Shown piece after piece: positions 16,501-30,919 of a stretch of DNA of 64,000 nucleotides (position 1 is its first letter; each line of letters starts with the position of its first letter). This DNA is from the human T2T-CHM13v2.0 reference genome, Homo sapiens. The notes beneath the pieces are model-generated. The model worked only from the letters and a program-made list of their open reading frames with translations, was not told the DNA's origin and searched no databases. The position numbers and the translations under genes are program-made. The stretch is from assembly GCF_009914755.1 (NCBI RefSeq), contig NC_060932.1; one strand, given 5' to 3'.

Positions 16501-19500
16501 TTTCTCGGTGACAAAAGTTATAAGCTTAACGTAGTTGATTATAACTATAAGATGTTTTATGTAAGCCTTCATGGTAATCACAGAATTAAAAACTACAGCA
16601 GATAAATGATAACAAAGGAAACAAAATCTAACAACATAAAATTATCAAATCTGAAATGTAGCTGACAAGAGAGGGAAAAAGCCATAAAAAGCTACGAAAA
16701 AGCCAAAAAAAAATATCAAAATGCTGGTAGTAAGTCCTTACCTATTAACCTATTAATAATTTTGAATGTTAGTGAGTTACATTCTCCAAATAAAACCATA
16801 GAGTGGCTGGATGGGTTATAACGAAACAAGATTCAACTGTATGCTACCTATAAGAGACCCTTTTAAGCTCTAAAGACACACATAGGCTGAAAGTGAAGGA
16901 TGGAAGAGATTATTCCATACAAATGGTAACCAAGAGAGAGCAGGGGTGTCTATACTTAAATGTAACTTCAAGTTAAAAAACCGTTGTTAAGGGACAAAGA
17001 AGGTTATCTGATGATAAAGGGATTGATTCATCAAAAGGACATGCTCATTGAAAATATGCATCCAACATAGGAGCACCTGAACACATAAAGCAAATGTTAA
17101 TTGACATGAAGCAGAAATAGATAGCAATAAAATAATAGTAGGGTACTTTAATACCCATTTTTCAACAATGAATAGATCAATCAGATGTAAATAAGTAAAT
17201 ACTGAACTTGAATTGCACTTTTGATTAATATATCTTTTTGGATAGACATAGAGATCTTTCCATCCAAATCCAGTAGCATACACATTTTTCTATAGTGCAC
17301 ATAGAAAATTCTCCCAGGTAGATCACATGTTAGGTCACAAAACAAGTCTTTACAAAATTAAGTAGACTGAAATAATATCTAGTATCATTTCAGACCACTA
17401 TAATATGAAAGAGGAAATCAGTAACAGCCAGGTTTTAGGAAAATTCACAAATATATGGAAATTAGACAACATGCTTTCGAACAAGCAGTGTGTAAAGGAG
17501 AAATCTAAAGGAAATTTTTGAAATATCTTGAGACAAATGGCAATCCAAATACAACGTTAGCAAAACCTATGGGATGCAGCAAAAACAATTATAAAGGAAA
17601 ATGTATGGCAAGAAATGTCTACCTTGAAAAAGAAGAACGATCTCAAATAGTCTAACATGATTCCTTAGAGAACTAGAATAAATTATACCCCGAATTAGCA
17701 GAAGAGAGGACATAATAAAAATAAGAACAGAGACAAATCAAATAGAGAACAGAAAAACCACAGCAACAATTAAGAGTTCTATTTTTCAAAACATAAACAC
17801 AATTGACAAATTTTTAGCTAGTCTAAGAAGAAAAAAGATGACTCGAGTAAAATGAAAATGAAGAAATTATAAAAGATATTTAAGAAATTATAAGGATCAT
17901 GAGAGACTGCTATGAACAATTATGCCACCAAATTGAATAACCTTGAGGAAATAGATAAATTCCTAGAAAAATAATACCTGATACTGAGTCAGGAAGAAAT
18001 CAAAAGTCCATACACACTGAACAAAGTGATGGAAGCAATAATAAAAAACCTCCCAAAAAAGATCCCTCCCAAGACCAGATGGCTTCACAGTCAAACTCCA
18101 GCCCACAGTCAAAGAAGAATTAACACCAATAACTGTTAAACTCTTCCAAAATGCAAATCTAGAGGGAAAACTTCTCAAATACATTTTGTAAGGCCAGCAT
18201 CATCTTGATCCTAAGCCAGACAAAGACATCACAAGAAAAGGAAACTAGAACTACAAGTCAATATCTCTTATGAACACTGATGCAAACAAAAAATCCTCAA
18301 TAAAATATTAGTGAACTGAATCCAAAAATACATCAAAATGATTATACATTATGATCCAGTGGAATTTGTTCCTGACATACAAGCCTGGTTTAACATACAC
18401 AAATGAATCAATATCATACATCACACAAATAGAATGAAAGATTAAAACCACATGATCGTCTCGATGCAGAAAAAACATTTGACATCCTTTCTTATTAAAA
18501 ATCTTTCAGTAATTTAGGTATGGAAGGGAATTATTTGAACCTAATGAAAACTCTGAAAATACCCACAGCTAACATCATAATCAATGGGAAACAACAAAGC
18601 TTTTCCACTAAGATTAAGTTCAAGGCAAGGATGCCCATTCTTACTGCTTCTACTTAACATAGTAGTGGAGGAACTAGTAGGAGCAATCAGACAGCAAAAA
18701 GAAATAAAACAAATCCAAATTGGAAAGGAAGAAGTACAATTATCTATATTTGCAGATGGCATGAGCCCATATGTTAAAAAATTCCCAAAGTTTCCACAAA
18801 AACATTTATTAGAACTAATAAATTCAATAAAGTTGCAGGATACAAAATCAACACACGAAAATCAGTATTTTTATACACAAATCACAATCTGACTAAAGCG
18901 AATCCAAGAAAATCCATTTGTTAGTATCAAAAATAAAATTACTAGGAATAAATTTAACCAAGGTGCTGAAAGATCTCTACAGTAAGAACTATAAAACATT
19001 GATAAAGAAATTTAAGACGACACAAATAAAGATATGCTCATAGATTGAAGAATAAATATTGTTGAAATGTCCATACTACCCAAAGCAATATACATATTCA
19101 ATGCAATCCCTATCAAAATACAGTGGCATTCTTCAAGGGAATATGGTAAACAATTTCAAAATTGTGTGGAACAATAGACCTCAAACAGTCAAAACAATTC
19201 TAAGAAAGAAAAAATTGTAAGTCATCATACTTCCTGATTTCAAGTTATGTTACCAAGCTGTAGTAACAAAAGCAGTAGAGTACTGGCATAAAAACACACA
19301 GATGAGTAGAACAAAACAGAGTGTTCAGAAATAAATGCAAACACATACAGTCAACTAATTTTTGACAAGGGCACCAACATAAACAATAGGAACAGGACAG
19401 TTTCTTCAAAAAAGGATGCTGTGAAATTGGACTTCCACATGCAAGAGAATAAAATTTGAATCTTATCCTGTGAAAAGGAACTAAAAATGGATAAAATACC

Positions 19501-19979
19501 TTAGAGCTCAATGGTAGAAAAACAAACTGATTTAAAAACTGAGAAAAACCCAAAATAGATATTTATCAAAGGAAGGCTGACAAAGGCCAGTAGATACATG
19601 AAAACGTGCTCAATGTCCTTAATCGTCAGATAAATACAAATCAAAACCACTATGACATACCACTTCACCCTCCTCATTAGGATGGTTATTGTCAAAATGT
19701 CAAAAGATTACAAATGTTGGTGAGGGTGTGGAAAAAGGGAATTCTTGTACGCTACTAGTGAGAATGTAGATTGGTACAACCATTTTGGAAAAACAGTATA
19801 GAGATTTCCAAATAAATTAAAAATAGACATACCATATGACTCAGCAATCCCTCTTCTGGACAAATACCCAAAGAAATGAAATCACTACCTCTTAAAGATA
19901 CCTACACTCTCATGTTCATTGTAGCATTATTCAGAATATCCAAGATATGGAAGCATTGATGGCTGAATGGATAAAGACA

Positions 19980-20016
<37 letters not shown>

Positions 20017-20513
20017 CGTGTATGATGGAATATTATACAACCTCCAAAAAAAGACATTTCATTTTGCCACAGTGTGCATGATCCTACAGGACATTGTTTT
20101 AATTGAAACATCAGACAGAAAAATTTTGCATGATCTCACTTATATGTGAAAGCTAAAAGAAAAGAAAAATAAATTATACAAATAGATCGAGGATAAAAAA
20201 GTGGTTATTAGGGATGAGAGTGGGCGGTGGGGGTGAAATGAGGAGATATAGGTCAGAGGATACAAAGAAGAAGTTATGTTAGATGACGAAGTCTAGAGAT
20301 CTAAGGTACAACATAAGCAGTATAGGCAATAAAATTTTCTTGTATTAGAGATCATGCCAAATGAATAGATTTTACCTGGTTTTTGCACAAAAACAAGCAC
20401 AACTACATGAGATGATGATGTGTTAATCTATTTATAGGAATGCTTTTACTGTCGATAGGTAGTCTATAACACCATGTTATATACCTTAAATGTATACAAT
20501 AAAATTCATTTTT
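13513..20513 (+). mobile_element. Full-length old LINE-1 (L1MA5-like): 5' UTR ~13513-15340, ORF1 remnant ~15345-16260, ORF2 remnant 16721-~19960, 3' UTR
   Basis: ORF1 peptides MTPPREHNN... and KEFITTRPALQE. ORF2 start MLVVSPYL at 16721. RT remnant KAFPLRLSSRQGCP...SIFADGM. L1MA-type 3' UTR. TSD AAAAGTATAGTTGT (13499-13512) / AAAAGTATAATTGT (20514-20527). Many stops and frameshifts. Confidence 0.96.
19981..20024. repeat. (TG)14(CG)5 microsatellite inside the L1 3' region
   Basis: Read directly from the sequence. Confidence 0.97.
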
Positions 20514-21073
20514 AAAAGTATAATTGTATTGACTATTTGTTACCAATTTATCCCTAATGTAGCAAACCTCTTTATGTGTTTATACTCTTTATTTTCTTCT
20601 AAACATCAAAAATGCAGAGATGAGAAATTTTAGGCAGCTTATATTTAATGGGTTGAGTTTCTCAATAAGGTGATGGTTCCATTGTTAATATTAGAAAGTC
20701 CTTGGTTATTCAGGAATTCTATTTTAGTAAGAAAGTCTCAGTTTACACCGTACAGCTTTTCTACCACTCTCTGTGTTCAAGATGGCAAAAACCTTTACTT
20801 CCTATATAAGAGACTTATACATTTTCTGTACAAAACTTTACTTTTATGTATAAAATTTCCAACTACAGAGAAAACATTGAAGAGATAAGATGTGTTTTTC
20901 AGCAAGAGTCAAGAGTGTGGTTGATTTCAGTTGGAGGGAAATGAAACTGAGGTTTTTGATAGAGGAATGAAGTGTTGAAACAAAAATATGCAGCTATGGA
21001 AATTATTACCAAATGTGTTTGAAGTGTGAAAGTAATTATTAAATGTGTGTAAAGACTAGTTTGAGCTAGATGA

Positions 21074-21451
<378 letters not shown>

Positions 21452-21667
21452 TAGGACAATGGAGAATTAGAGAGAGGTGGGGAGAGACTTTATTTTGGGC
21501 TTTGTTAACAATTTAGTTTTATCCCTATCAATTTTGGAATTTCGATAAATGTGCTTCTTTTCTACAACTACCTAACAGTTCAGCGGAAGTTAAAAATTTG
21601 AAATAGACTTAAACATTTTTGCAGAAGACAACTACAAACAAACTGACAAAAAATTGTTGAACAACAG

Positions 21668-22536
21668 TATTGCGGGATCTGGCCAGCAGCCCGCAGTGCA
21701 ACGGGGCTCTCTCTTTTTTCCCAGGCAGATCGACAGGTCAAGAAATAATAGACACACACAAGATAGTGAAAGCTGGGTCTAGTGGGGTCAACCGCCTTCT
21801 GGTCCTGCGATGCCACCAATGTACTGGATATACCAGTATTTAAGTTTAGCGAGGGCGGGGGTAGGTTAGTGAGGGATTTAGGGTCTTTTGATTATGAGGT
21901 GAGATGGTCACATGGGGATGAAGTAGTTCTTTAACATAACATCTGTATGCAGCAGTACAGTACATGGATATAAGAATTTACAATATAGTGTGTATATCAG
22001 TAATTTCTAACAGAGCCTTAAAACAGAAACACAATCTTTCCATAACCTATGATTAGCAAGATATTAATCAGCAGTAACAGTTGCAGCAAAACCTGGTTAC
22101 AAGCAATCCATAGAAACAGGACGTGAAGCTAGACAGCCGGTTAGACTAGAAATTCTCAGAAGGGAGTATGCCTTAACCCTAAAGAGGCCTAGAAGAGCCG
22201 TGGCAAGATGAGGGCCTTTATAGTCCTATCTTATCCATATGGACAGGCGCCCCTCATGCATTGACTTATAGGCTCTCCACAGGGGTCGCATTCCATTCCC
22301 AGAGCTATGAACATCTGCTTTTCTGGGATGGGAATCTTGGTGATGTGAAACCTCCCTGACTGCATGTCCGTTCATAGGCTCTCTGCAGGAGGAAGCACAT
22401 CACGCGCTGTTGGCTCATCCTGGCAGCCCAACCTGGCATTGTCTTTACACAATCCTGCATGCAATTTTGTATTTACAATAATCAGGAGCATTTCATCTTT
22501 TATTCCGTAGCAATAGTTTCCAGGGGTCTCCCTACA
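21668..22536 (-). mobile_element. MER11D-like solo LTR (ERVK/HML group)
   Basis: Reverse complement begins TGTAGGGAGACCCCTGGAAACTATTGCTACGGAATAAAAGATGAAATGCTCC; 869 bp; perfect 6-bp TSD CAACAG (21662-21667 / 22537-22542), typical of betaretroviral integrase. Confidence 0.92.
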
Positions 22537-22649
22537 CAACAGAAAGGGTCAGGAAAGTAGAAAGAAATTTTATTGACATCAACTTAAACAATGGTGAGAC
22601 TTTCCCAAAACTTAATGACAGCAGATAAAGACAATGAAAACTCAAAATT

Positions 22650-23300
22650 TACTTGGCTGGGTATGCCCTTTAGAATGGAAAGGAGAGTGACTCTGGAGTG
22701 TTATTTAGATGGTAATGGAAATGTTCCTGGGTCTTTAAAGGGATGAGTGTCAACAAGAGCCCAAAGTAAGGCAAGGAAGTAGACTAACATGAGAGTGAAT
22801 GTTAGAGTGTGGAATAAGGATGAGAGAAATGAAATAAGCATGAGAATGAAGGCCAAAGAAGTAGAATGTAAGGTGATTTTGATCACTTCTAGGAGGTGGA
22901 TGTTCTTTGTAATCACTGGAGGCAAGATCATTACCACATCACTGGGTGGCTGAATAAGATAGAAACAAACATCATATAGAAGAGATTTAGGAATGTGAAT
23001 TTTGAAGAATCTTTAATGAGGATGATGGCATTGTTTGAGCTGGAAATAGGTAATGGAGAGCGAAAGATCTGGGATGCTAATGATAAAGTCACTAGGAAGT
23101 TTTGGGGGATTGCTGGAAGTGTTATCAGCAGTAAGGAAGGCATTTACTCCCTTGGAGAACATTGTGAAAGAAATACAATATTAGGAAAAGAGCTTAGGAA
23201 GCTGAAAGAGCGCAGACCAAACCAGCAGAGGATGGGGGGAGCTACAAGTGTAGAGAGAGATACTAGGAATGGACACCTGTGAGTTGAGTATGGATCCAAG
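22650..23300 (-). mobile_element. L2 ORF2 (endonuclease region) fossil
   Basis: Purine-rich antisense L2-like sequence; ORF 22931-23143 contains AIILIKDS at the position of the APE endonuclease (V/A)IILGDFN motif. Confidence 0.5.
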
Positions 23301-24311
23301 GTCTGAACTAAATAGTATCCCGAGCAGTTTACACACAGAGTGACAAGTTAGCAAACAGGGATTGAGGAGGCAGATGGTATGGAATATTTTTCTTTTTTAA
23401 GAAGATAAATATGAATGATACTACTTTTGTCAGTATTCTTAATTCATATAAAAATGTTTGTATATTTTAACGGCACATTGTCAGCTAGAAACACCTTTAG
23501 TATGTGCCATCATAATGATATATTTTATACAGATGTAACATCATTAGTAAAACTGACTATTCCAATTTAATCTCTCTCAGTGCTACATTTGAAGTTATAG
23601 TCACATAAAATCTAAACTGTTATTTGAGAAATAAGTCAACAACTGATTTCAGTGATCTTTTCCCTAAATAAATGAACTGAACTTAGGCACAGGGTGTACA
23701 TTCATCATGATCAACTTAGATTTGAAGAAAATCACTTCTTCTGGTTTTCTAAACTGGGTTTGGAAGAGATTTTAGTGAAATTAATTGTAGATAGATTCCA
23801 TACAAAAACTAGATTAAAAAAAAAACAAATTTAATGTGAACTTAGTCAAGTACAGAAGAAAAATCAATAAGCATGTATTAAAAACTAGTATATCTTTCTC
23901 CTACAATGTTTAAATGTGACATTATCATGGCATTCAACTCTCAAACAATAGAGGGTCAGTACTGAACTACAAGGTTAAAATATTTATAGTGAAGAGTAAA
24001 TAGTACAGAACATCTTATTATTTTCCAATTGTGATAATTCTAAAAATTATATAACAAAGCACTTATATTCTTTTTAAGGAGTTGCACACTTTTGAGATTT
24101 TATTCTGCCTCTTGTTTCACCCACTTGCATACATCTTCATTGTAATTAACTTCAGAATTTATCCAATAAAGTGTAGGGGAAGCAATAAAATTTAACATAT
24201 ATCTAAGAATATTATGGAGGTCAGTTGGTCCACATCTTGAATTTTCAACATTAAATTAACAAGTTAATAAATGTTGGCATCTGGCTTTTTCTAGTTAAAA
24301 TTTGAGTTTTA

Positions 24312-26215
24312 TAGAGAATTCCTTTCCAGCTATGATGATCAATAAAGGACAACTAGGAAAGCCAGATAAAAATCTAAAATACATCTGTTTGGGGACATCA
24401 AAGGGCAGTCAAGGTTGCCAGGCATCTAGGGGCAAAGAACCTGAAAAAGAAGGTACTGGAAAAGAGTGACAGCATTTTGCAGGCTCCCTCAGCCTTTGAG
24501 GCATTTGCTGATTTTCTGAACATGGAAAGAGGCTGAGAACCCTGGAAGAAGGCTGCTGCTAAGAAGCAGAAATCCCATAAGCACTTTTGGAAATATCTTG
24601 TGTCTGGGAAGACAAATATCCAAGTTTGTGATTTTCAAGTAGGATAAGACTTGAAAGAACAACATCATGAAGGCAAGGGTGACACAGAGACATGAACCTC
24701 ATATTTGAGATTTTGACTCTTTATAAATGTGTTGTATAATTAAACAGCAGTGCAAGAAGACTGAAGCCATTCAGAAAGCCTTTGGAAAGAAGAATGAAGG
24801 TTTTGTTACTCTCACTGTACTGAAAAGATCATAATTTAGGATGCACCAATTATGTATAGAGAAAACAAACATATTGACTCTCACATAATACCTCTAGAAG
24901 GTAATAATCTCAGAGCAAGGGTCAACCAGAGGTTAACTGACAGAAAATTCCAACACAGTCTAGAGTCAGTTCAGTCCTTTGATTAAGTTAATTAGACACC
25001 ATTCTAGCTTCATGCCAGAGGATAAGGTGAATAACTTCTGGGGCAAAGAAATGTCATCCATAGCTTTTGAATTTTTTATGCTCAATATCCAAGGATCAAC
25101 AAAAATCCAAAGAAATGAAACCAATAGCAACATCAGACAATAGAAAAGACCCACAAGTGATCAAGGTATTGCAGTTGTGAAACACAGACATTTAAATAAC
25201 TGTGCTTATTATGTTCAAGAGAAAAGATGACAAGGTGGGAAGTCTCAGAGGAATAGGAATATCTCATAAAAGAATTAATGGAAATTCTAAAAAGGAATAA
25301 TACCTCAACTGCATCTAAATAGAGCATATTGGATACAGGAAAAGAACATGATTAGTGAACTTGATTGTGGTACAGTTTTAAAAAATGGCCAGCAAATGAA
25401 GATGAGACATAGTGGCAAGAGTGGAAGAGGTATGAAGTATGCATAATTGCAATCCAAGACAGAAAGCAGGGAATGAAGAAGAAATAAAGCTTGAAGAGAA
25501 AATGAGATTTTTCTAAAACAGAAGAAACACCAAACATGGTGCAGAATCACGACGTGATGAGAACTGCAAGTAGGAAGAGTACGTCACAGTAAAAATCTAT
25601 AAAACAAGAAAAAAATCTTAAATGTGGTTAGGGAAAAGAGGCAGAATGCTATCAATGAGCCACGTTCATAAAGAAGGCTTACTTCTAAAGAACCAAGAGA
25701 AAATGGAAAGCTACCTGCAAAATACACGAAAGCCCCATGCAATACCAACTTAGAATTCCATACCTAGAGAAAATTCTTTTCAAAATTGAGGCTATACAAA
25801 TTGATTTCCAAACAAAAAAGACAACTTAGAGAATTTGTTAGCAGACCTATGGACTAAAACAGAAAATACAGAATTTCTAAGGCAAAAGAATAAACCCAAA
25901 GAGAAACAAGAAAACATAGAAATGAAAATCAATGGAAAGAGTGAAAATGTAGTCAAATCAAAATGAGTTATTACTGTCTCAAGCAATTAGGTAAGATCCT
26001 ATTGGACTTAAGATATGTACATAGAAATAAACACCTAATAATAAAAAGAAGGGAGAAGCAGGTAAATAGAATTGAAGTGTCTAAGATCCTACATTACCCT
26101 GGAGGGGGATAAATTTATAAACTTATATGACATTGTAATAAGTCAAATCACCTTAGAGAACCATGTGGAGAACCACTAAAAAGACAAAAAAAGCAACTAA
26201 CAAGCTAATTGGTAC
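24312..26215 (+). mobile_element. Old L1M (L1ME-like) 5' UTR + ORF1 remnant
   Basis: L1ME-type 5' start (..ACAACTAGGAAAGCCAGATAAAA..) and A-rich ORF1 remnants (CAACTTAGAATTCCATACCTAGAGAAAATT..GAGAATTTGTTAGCAGACCT). Confidence 0.75.
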
Positions 26216-26229
26216 AAACATCTAAAACA

Positions 26230-26835
26230 GGTTAGTTAGTGCTTTTCTGAAAGTTAAAGATACACCATCTGGTTTAACCATCTCAATCCTAAATATTTAC
26301 TTAAGTATTATTTTCTATATTATAAATGTATGTGCTTATAATTTTTTGAAAATAAAAGGAATATACCATCTTTATATATCTGTGTCTATACCTATATCAA
26401 AAGCTGTACTGAAATGTTCTTTGTTGCTTTAGGTACAATAGCTCCAAACTGGAAACCACCCAAATGTCCATCTATAGGTGAATAAACAGCTGTTCTATAT
26501 CTGTGCCATGTAATACCAAAAAGTAAAAGAAGAATGATCTACGGATAAATGTTATATTGTAGATAAATCTTTAAATAATTATGCTGTGTGAAAGAAGCCA
26601 GACATGAAAGAGTACCTACTATCTGGTGGCTTTTATATGAAAATCAAAAAAGGCATATGAATTTTTAATTGAGCTGTAATGGTCATTATCTACTGATAGG
26701 AAAGGGGTGGGAGGGAAGTACAAGAGGGAAGGATTACTTGATTGTGTTATTTTATGGTATATACATATTTCAAAATTTAATTATTTGTACACCTTAATAT
26801 GTGGACTTTATCATATGTCAATTCTATCAAAATCT
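26230..26835 (+). mobile_element. L1ME 3' end fragment
   Basis: AATAGCTCCAAACTGGAAACCACCCAAATGTCCATC...AAAGAAGCCAGAC...TATGTCAATT. Confidence 0.75.
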
Positions 26836-26836
26836 T

Positions 26837-28190
26837 TAAACCTATAGCAAATATCATATTTATTTTTAAAATAATTACCTATTTGCCTTCAAGATAAAGA
26901 AGAAAACAATACCTGTTACCAATCTTATTAAATATGTGATGGCAGTTCTTGTTCATCAACACAGTAAGGAAAAAAGAATATGAAGCTTGTAACAAATGAC
27001 AAAAAGCTGTCACTATTTGTAGACAGTGTAGTTCTGTATATAAAAACTCAAAGAATCTATAAACAGCTATTAACATTTTAAATTAACAAGATAGTGTGGC
27101 ATGATGTCAATACATAATATCAGTTACATTTCTCATAACAATCCTTAGAAAATGAAAAAAATTAAGGGTGTCATTTTTAATAACATGAAAATATCAGTTA
27201 CCTAGTTGAGAAAGACCTTTACAGAGGAAGAAAGAACAAAACAAAACAAAACAAAAATTATTAAAAGACATTATAGAAGGCCTAATTAATAGTGTGATAG
27301 CCAATATTTGTGAATAGGAAGAGTTGATCTTTTGTTGATGTCATTCTTGTCTGCATTAATCTAGAGAATCCATGCATTATCAGTAAAAACCCTAGTTGAT
27401 TTTTTTTTTGAAAATTTACAATCTTTTCTAAAAGTTTTAGTAAAGCTTTAGGATAAAAAACAGCAGGAATAGTCAAGGCAATCTTGAAGAATAATAACAA
27501 AAGTAAAATACTTACGTGACCATATGTTAAGACATATTATACAACTATAAAAGTAAAAAACAGTGTGAAAGTAGTATAAGTAAAAGCAAATAGACCAAAG
27601 GAGTCTATCAGGGCATCCACATACATTGCATCACATGACTTATAATAAAGGTGACTCTTCAATTAGAAGATAATGTCCTTTTCAATAAAGTGTTACAGTC
27701 AATTGAATATCGATATAAAATATATTTGACCCTTTTTTCACACCATAAGCAAAATAATTCCAGATGGGTTATTATCTAAGTGTGAAAATTAAGATTAACG
27801 AAACATGAGAATATACTAATGACATTGCAGAAAGAAATAGTTCTTACACTGGGAAGAAAATGTTTTAGCCATACAGTTAGAAATTGATTAATTGCACTGC
27901 ATAAAAATACCAACTTGTGTTATCTGTGTCCTTCAAAAGACATCACTGTGAGCCAGAGAAGTCAGAGAAGGTGTTTATAAGTCGTATCTCAAAGATCCTA
28001 TATATTGAATGTATAAAGCACTCCTACAAATAAAAACAAATAAGAAACCGCATAGAAAATGGACAGACTTGAATAGAGCTTCACAAAAGAGGATAAATAC
28101 CAATTATATATTACATTTCTTAATACCATCAGTCATCAGAAAATTATAACTTAAAAAAGAGGTATCACTATATACACAAATGCAACTAAA
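26837..28190 (+). mobile_element. Old L1M ORF2 (RT to C-terminal) fragment
   Basis: AACCTATAGCAAATATCAT...CTGTCACTATTTGTAGACAGT (FADD region)...GACTTGAATAGAGCTTCACAAAAGAGGATA. Confidence 0.75.
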
Positions 28191-28508
28191 TGTTTGAACC
28201 TTTTTGTTACTATACTTCTTCACTATAGAAAGTATTGAAAAAAAATTATATCTGAATTATTCTCCAATTTTTGCTGCAACTTTTGAATATGGCTTTTAAC
28301 TGTGCTTGCCTCAAAACACAATCGATAGTTTGGTTTTCTGGGAAAATAATCAGAAATTGATAATGGAAGCATTATTATAATTCAAGACATTGTGGGTCAC
28401 ATCACATGGTAAGACGGGAGGAAGTGTGGCCGGGTATAAATTAGTATTACTCCAGATTGCATCAAAGTTGAGATGAGAAAGACCTATGATCATCATCTGC
28501 ATTTTTCT

Positions 28509-28828
<320 letters not shown>

Positions 28829-29401
28829 ATCGTCTCCATTTTTCTAGCTGGCCCATCAGAATTCTCTCATATCTGACAAGGAGAACTACAAATTTGATCT
28901 CCTGCTGTCAAAAGCTTTAATAATACCTTTTATTTTCAAATCAGCTACAAATGAGTTTGCTCAATTTCATTATGTAATGTTAATTTTACTGACAAACTTC
29001 AAGGGAAAAAAACCTGGAGCAATTAAAATGTTTGGATAAAATATCTTTTTAATTTTCACAAATGACCAGCATTTAATTGGACTTAGATGTCTTCTATTTT
29101 AGTTCTTCCATTCTCCCTCAACAAAAGATCTTCCAATTATAATTGCTCTTTCACTAGTAACAGTTTAGTTTTGAGACGTATGAATTACTTTTCAGTTAAA
29201 TTATGGACTCAGCCTAAATGCTAAGCCTAAATAATTCATATCAGTAGAGCCTGACAACTTATTTCTCATAAACTTCTTGTGTATCTACTTTGATGTCTCA
29301 AAATTGTAAGCTTCAGAAGTAGGGTATGTAAATACGCATGTCTCAAACTTCTTCAAGATAATTGAAACTAGACATTCTCTGTACAGCACATATTCTGATC
29401 A

Positions 29402-29578
29402 CAGGTCCCCAATATTGGCTACATGTTAGACACCCCTGAGTACTTTTAAAACTCCTTTTGACCCCACAATAGACCAATTACATTAAAATATTAGGCCTGG
29501 AGCTCAGGCTTTGGTATTTAAAGGTTTTTTGTTTTTTTTTTCATGAGATTTCAGTGTGCAGGTAGGAATCTAAACCAT
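29402..29578. mobile_element. MER5-type hAT-Charlie MITE
   Basis: TTGGCTACATGTTAGACACCCCTG...AGACCAATTA...GGTATTTAAAG...GATTTCAGTGTGCAG pattern. Confidence 0.65.
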
Positions 29579-30049
29579 ATTTTTAGAGGATATTAAGAGC
29601 AGTTATTTCATCTGGAATAGGGCATGGTGACTTATACTTTAGCAGAAAATAAAATAGAGTTTCAGAAGAAAAATATTTTGGACTCATTTCTGTTTGAAAT
29701 CTTTCTGCTTTTCTGGAATCGTGAGGGTACCAAACAAGAGAGGGTTCATACTCTGTCTTAGGTAAGCAAAGACCTGCCTCAGAGAGAGCCAGGTTGTGCT
29801 CAGGAAAAGCTACAGGTCTCTTTGGTGATTAACAAAGACCTTAATGAGCCTTAGTTATCTGTAGTCTCAGTACTTGTCCTTGAAAGCTGAACAGCTATAG
29901 AAAATCATGCTACATGCATGGATGGTTGGTTCCATTATAAATCATGATTATCACCCTGAACCTGATGTGTAACACTTCCAGTCACGATGGAGGTATTTCT
30001 CTAGTTAGTTCGATTTCATATTTAACAATGATTATTTAAAAATAATTAT

Positions 30050-30870
30050 TGGAGGCCCTTAACTCCCTCTTACTCTCATCCAATGATCCTACTTCTTACG
30101 GAACAGAAAAAATTGATAGATGCCATTATTTTGTTAACTGCCGAGACCAGGTCCGTCGGGGAGACCCTAACCCAGTGGCGCTACAGGAATTAAAGACAAA
30201 CACACAGAAATATAGATGTGTGAAGTGGGAAATCAGGGGTCTCACAGCCTTCAGAGCTGAGAGCCCTGAACAGAGATTTACCCACGTATTTATTAACAGC
30301 AAGCCAGTCATTATTAGCATTGTTTCTATGGATGTTAAATTAACTAAAAGTATCCCTTATGGGAAATGAAGTGATGGGCCAAATTAAAGGGATAGGTTGG
30401 TCGAGTTAACTGCAGCAGGAGCACGCCCTTAAGACACAGATTGCTCATGCTATTGTTTGTGGCTTAAGAATGCCTTTAAGCTGTTTTCTGCCCTGGGCAG
30501 GCGAGGTGTTCCTTGCCCTCATTCCCGTAAACCCACAACCTTCCAGCGTGGCTGTTAGGGCCATTATGAAGATGTTACAGTGCTGCAGAGATTTTGCTTA
30601 TGGCCAGTCTTGGGGTCAGTTTATGGCCAGATTTTGGGGGGCTTGCTCCCAGCAGTTGACTACCATATCAGCATAACCAGCTGTGGCTACATGTATGTAC
30701 CTTTTCACGTTCAAAAGAAGTTTTCTGTTTTATCCAGGCCCAATTCTTTCTTATGCATTCTGGGACCCAGCACATCTTACCTTTTTAAGATCATGAGTTG
30801 TCACCCTCTCTCTTCTAAATCTCTAATTTCACTCTTATCAGCATTTAGAAGAGCTCAGAGAACATTTACC
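30050..30870 (+). mobile_element. L2 fragment split by the MER9 LTR
   Basis: L2-like CT-rich sequence on both sides of the LTR (ACTTCTTACGGAACAGAAAAAATTGA.. / ..AGGCCCAATTCTTTC..GGACCCAGC). Confidence 0.5.
30139..30654 (-). mobile_element. MER9 solo LTR (HERV-K9/HML-3)
   Basis: Reverse complement begins TGCTGGGAGCAAGCCCCCCAAAATCTGGCCATAAACTG; 516 bp; 6-bp TSD GTTAAC (30133-30138) / GTTGAC (30655-30660). Confidence 0.93.
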
Positions 30871-30919
30871 AAATAAGAGTTTGCACAATCAAAGAGCTGA
30901 AATGTTATAAGCTGGGCAT

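Noticed and set aside
15365-19695. L1 ORF1/ORF2 peptides as functional CDS
   Set aside because: Fragmented by stops and frameshifts; the RT motif reads FADG instead of FADD, and ORF2 has an internal deletion.
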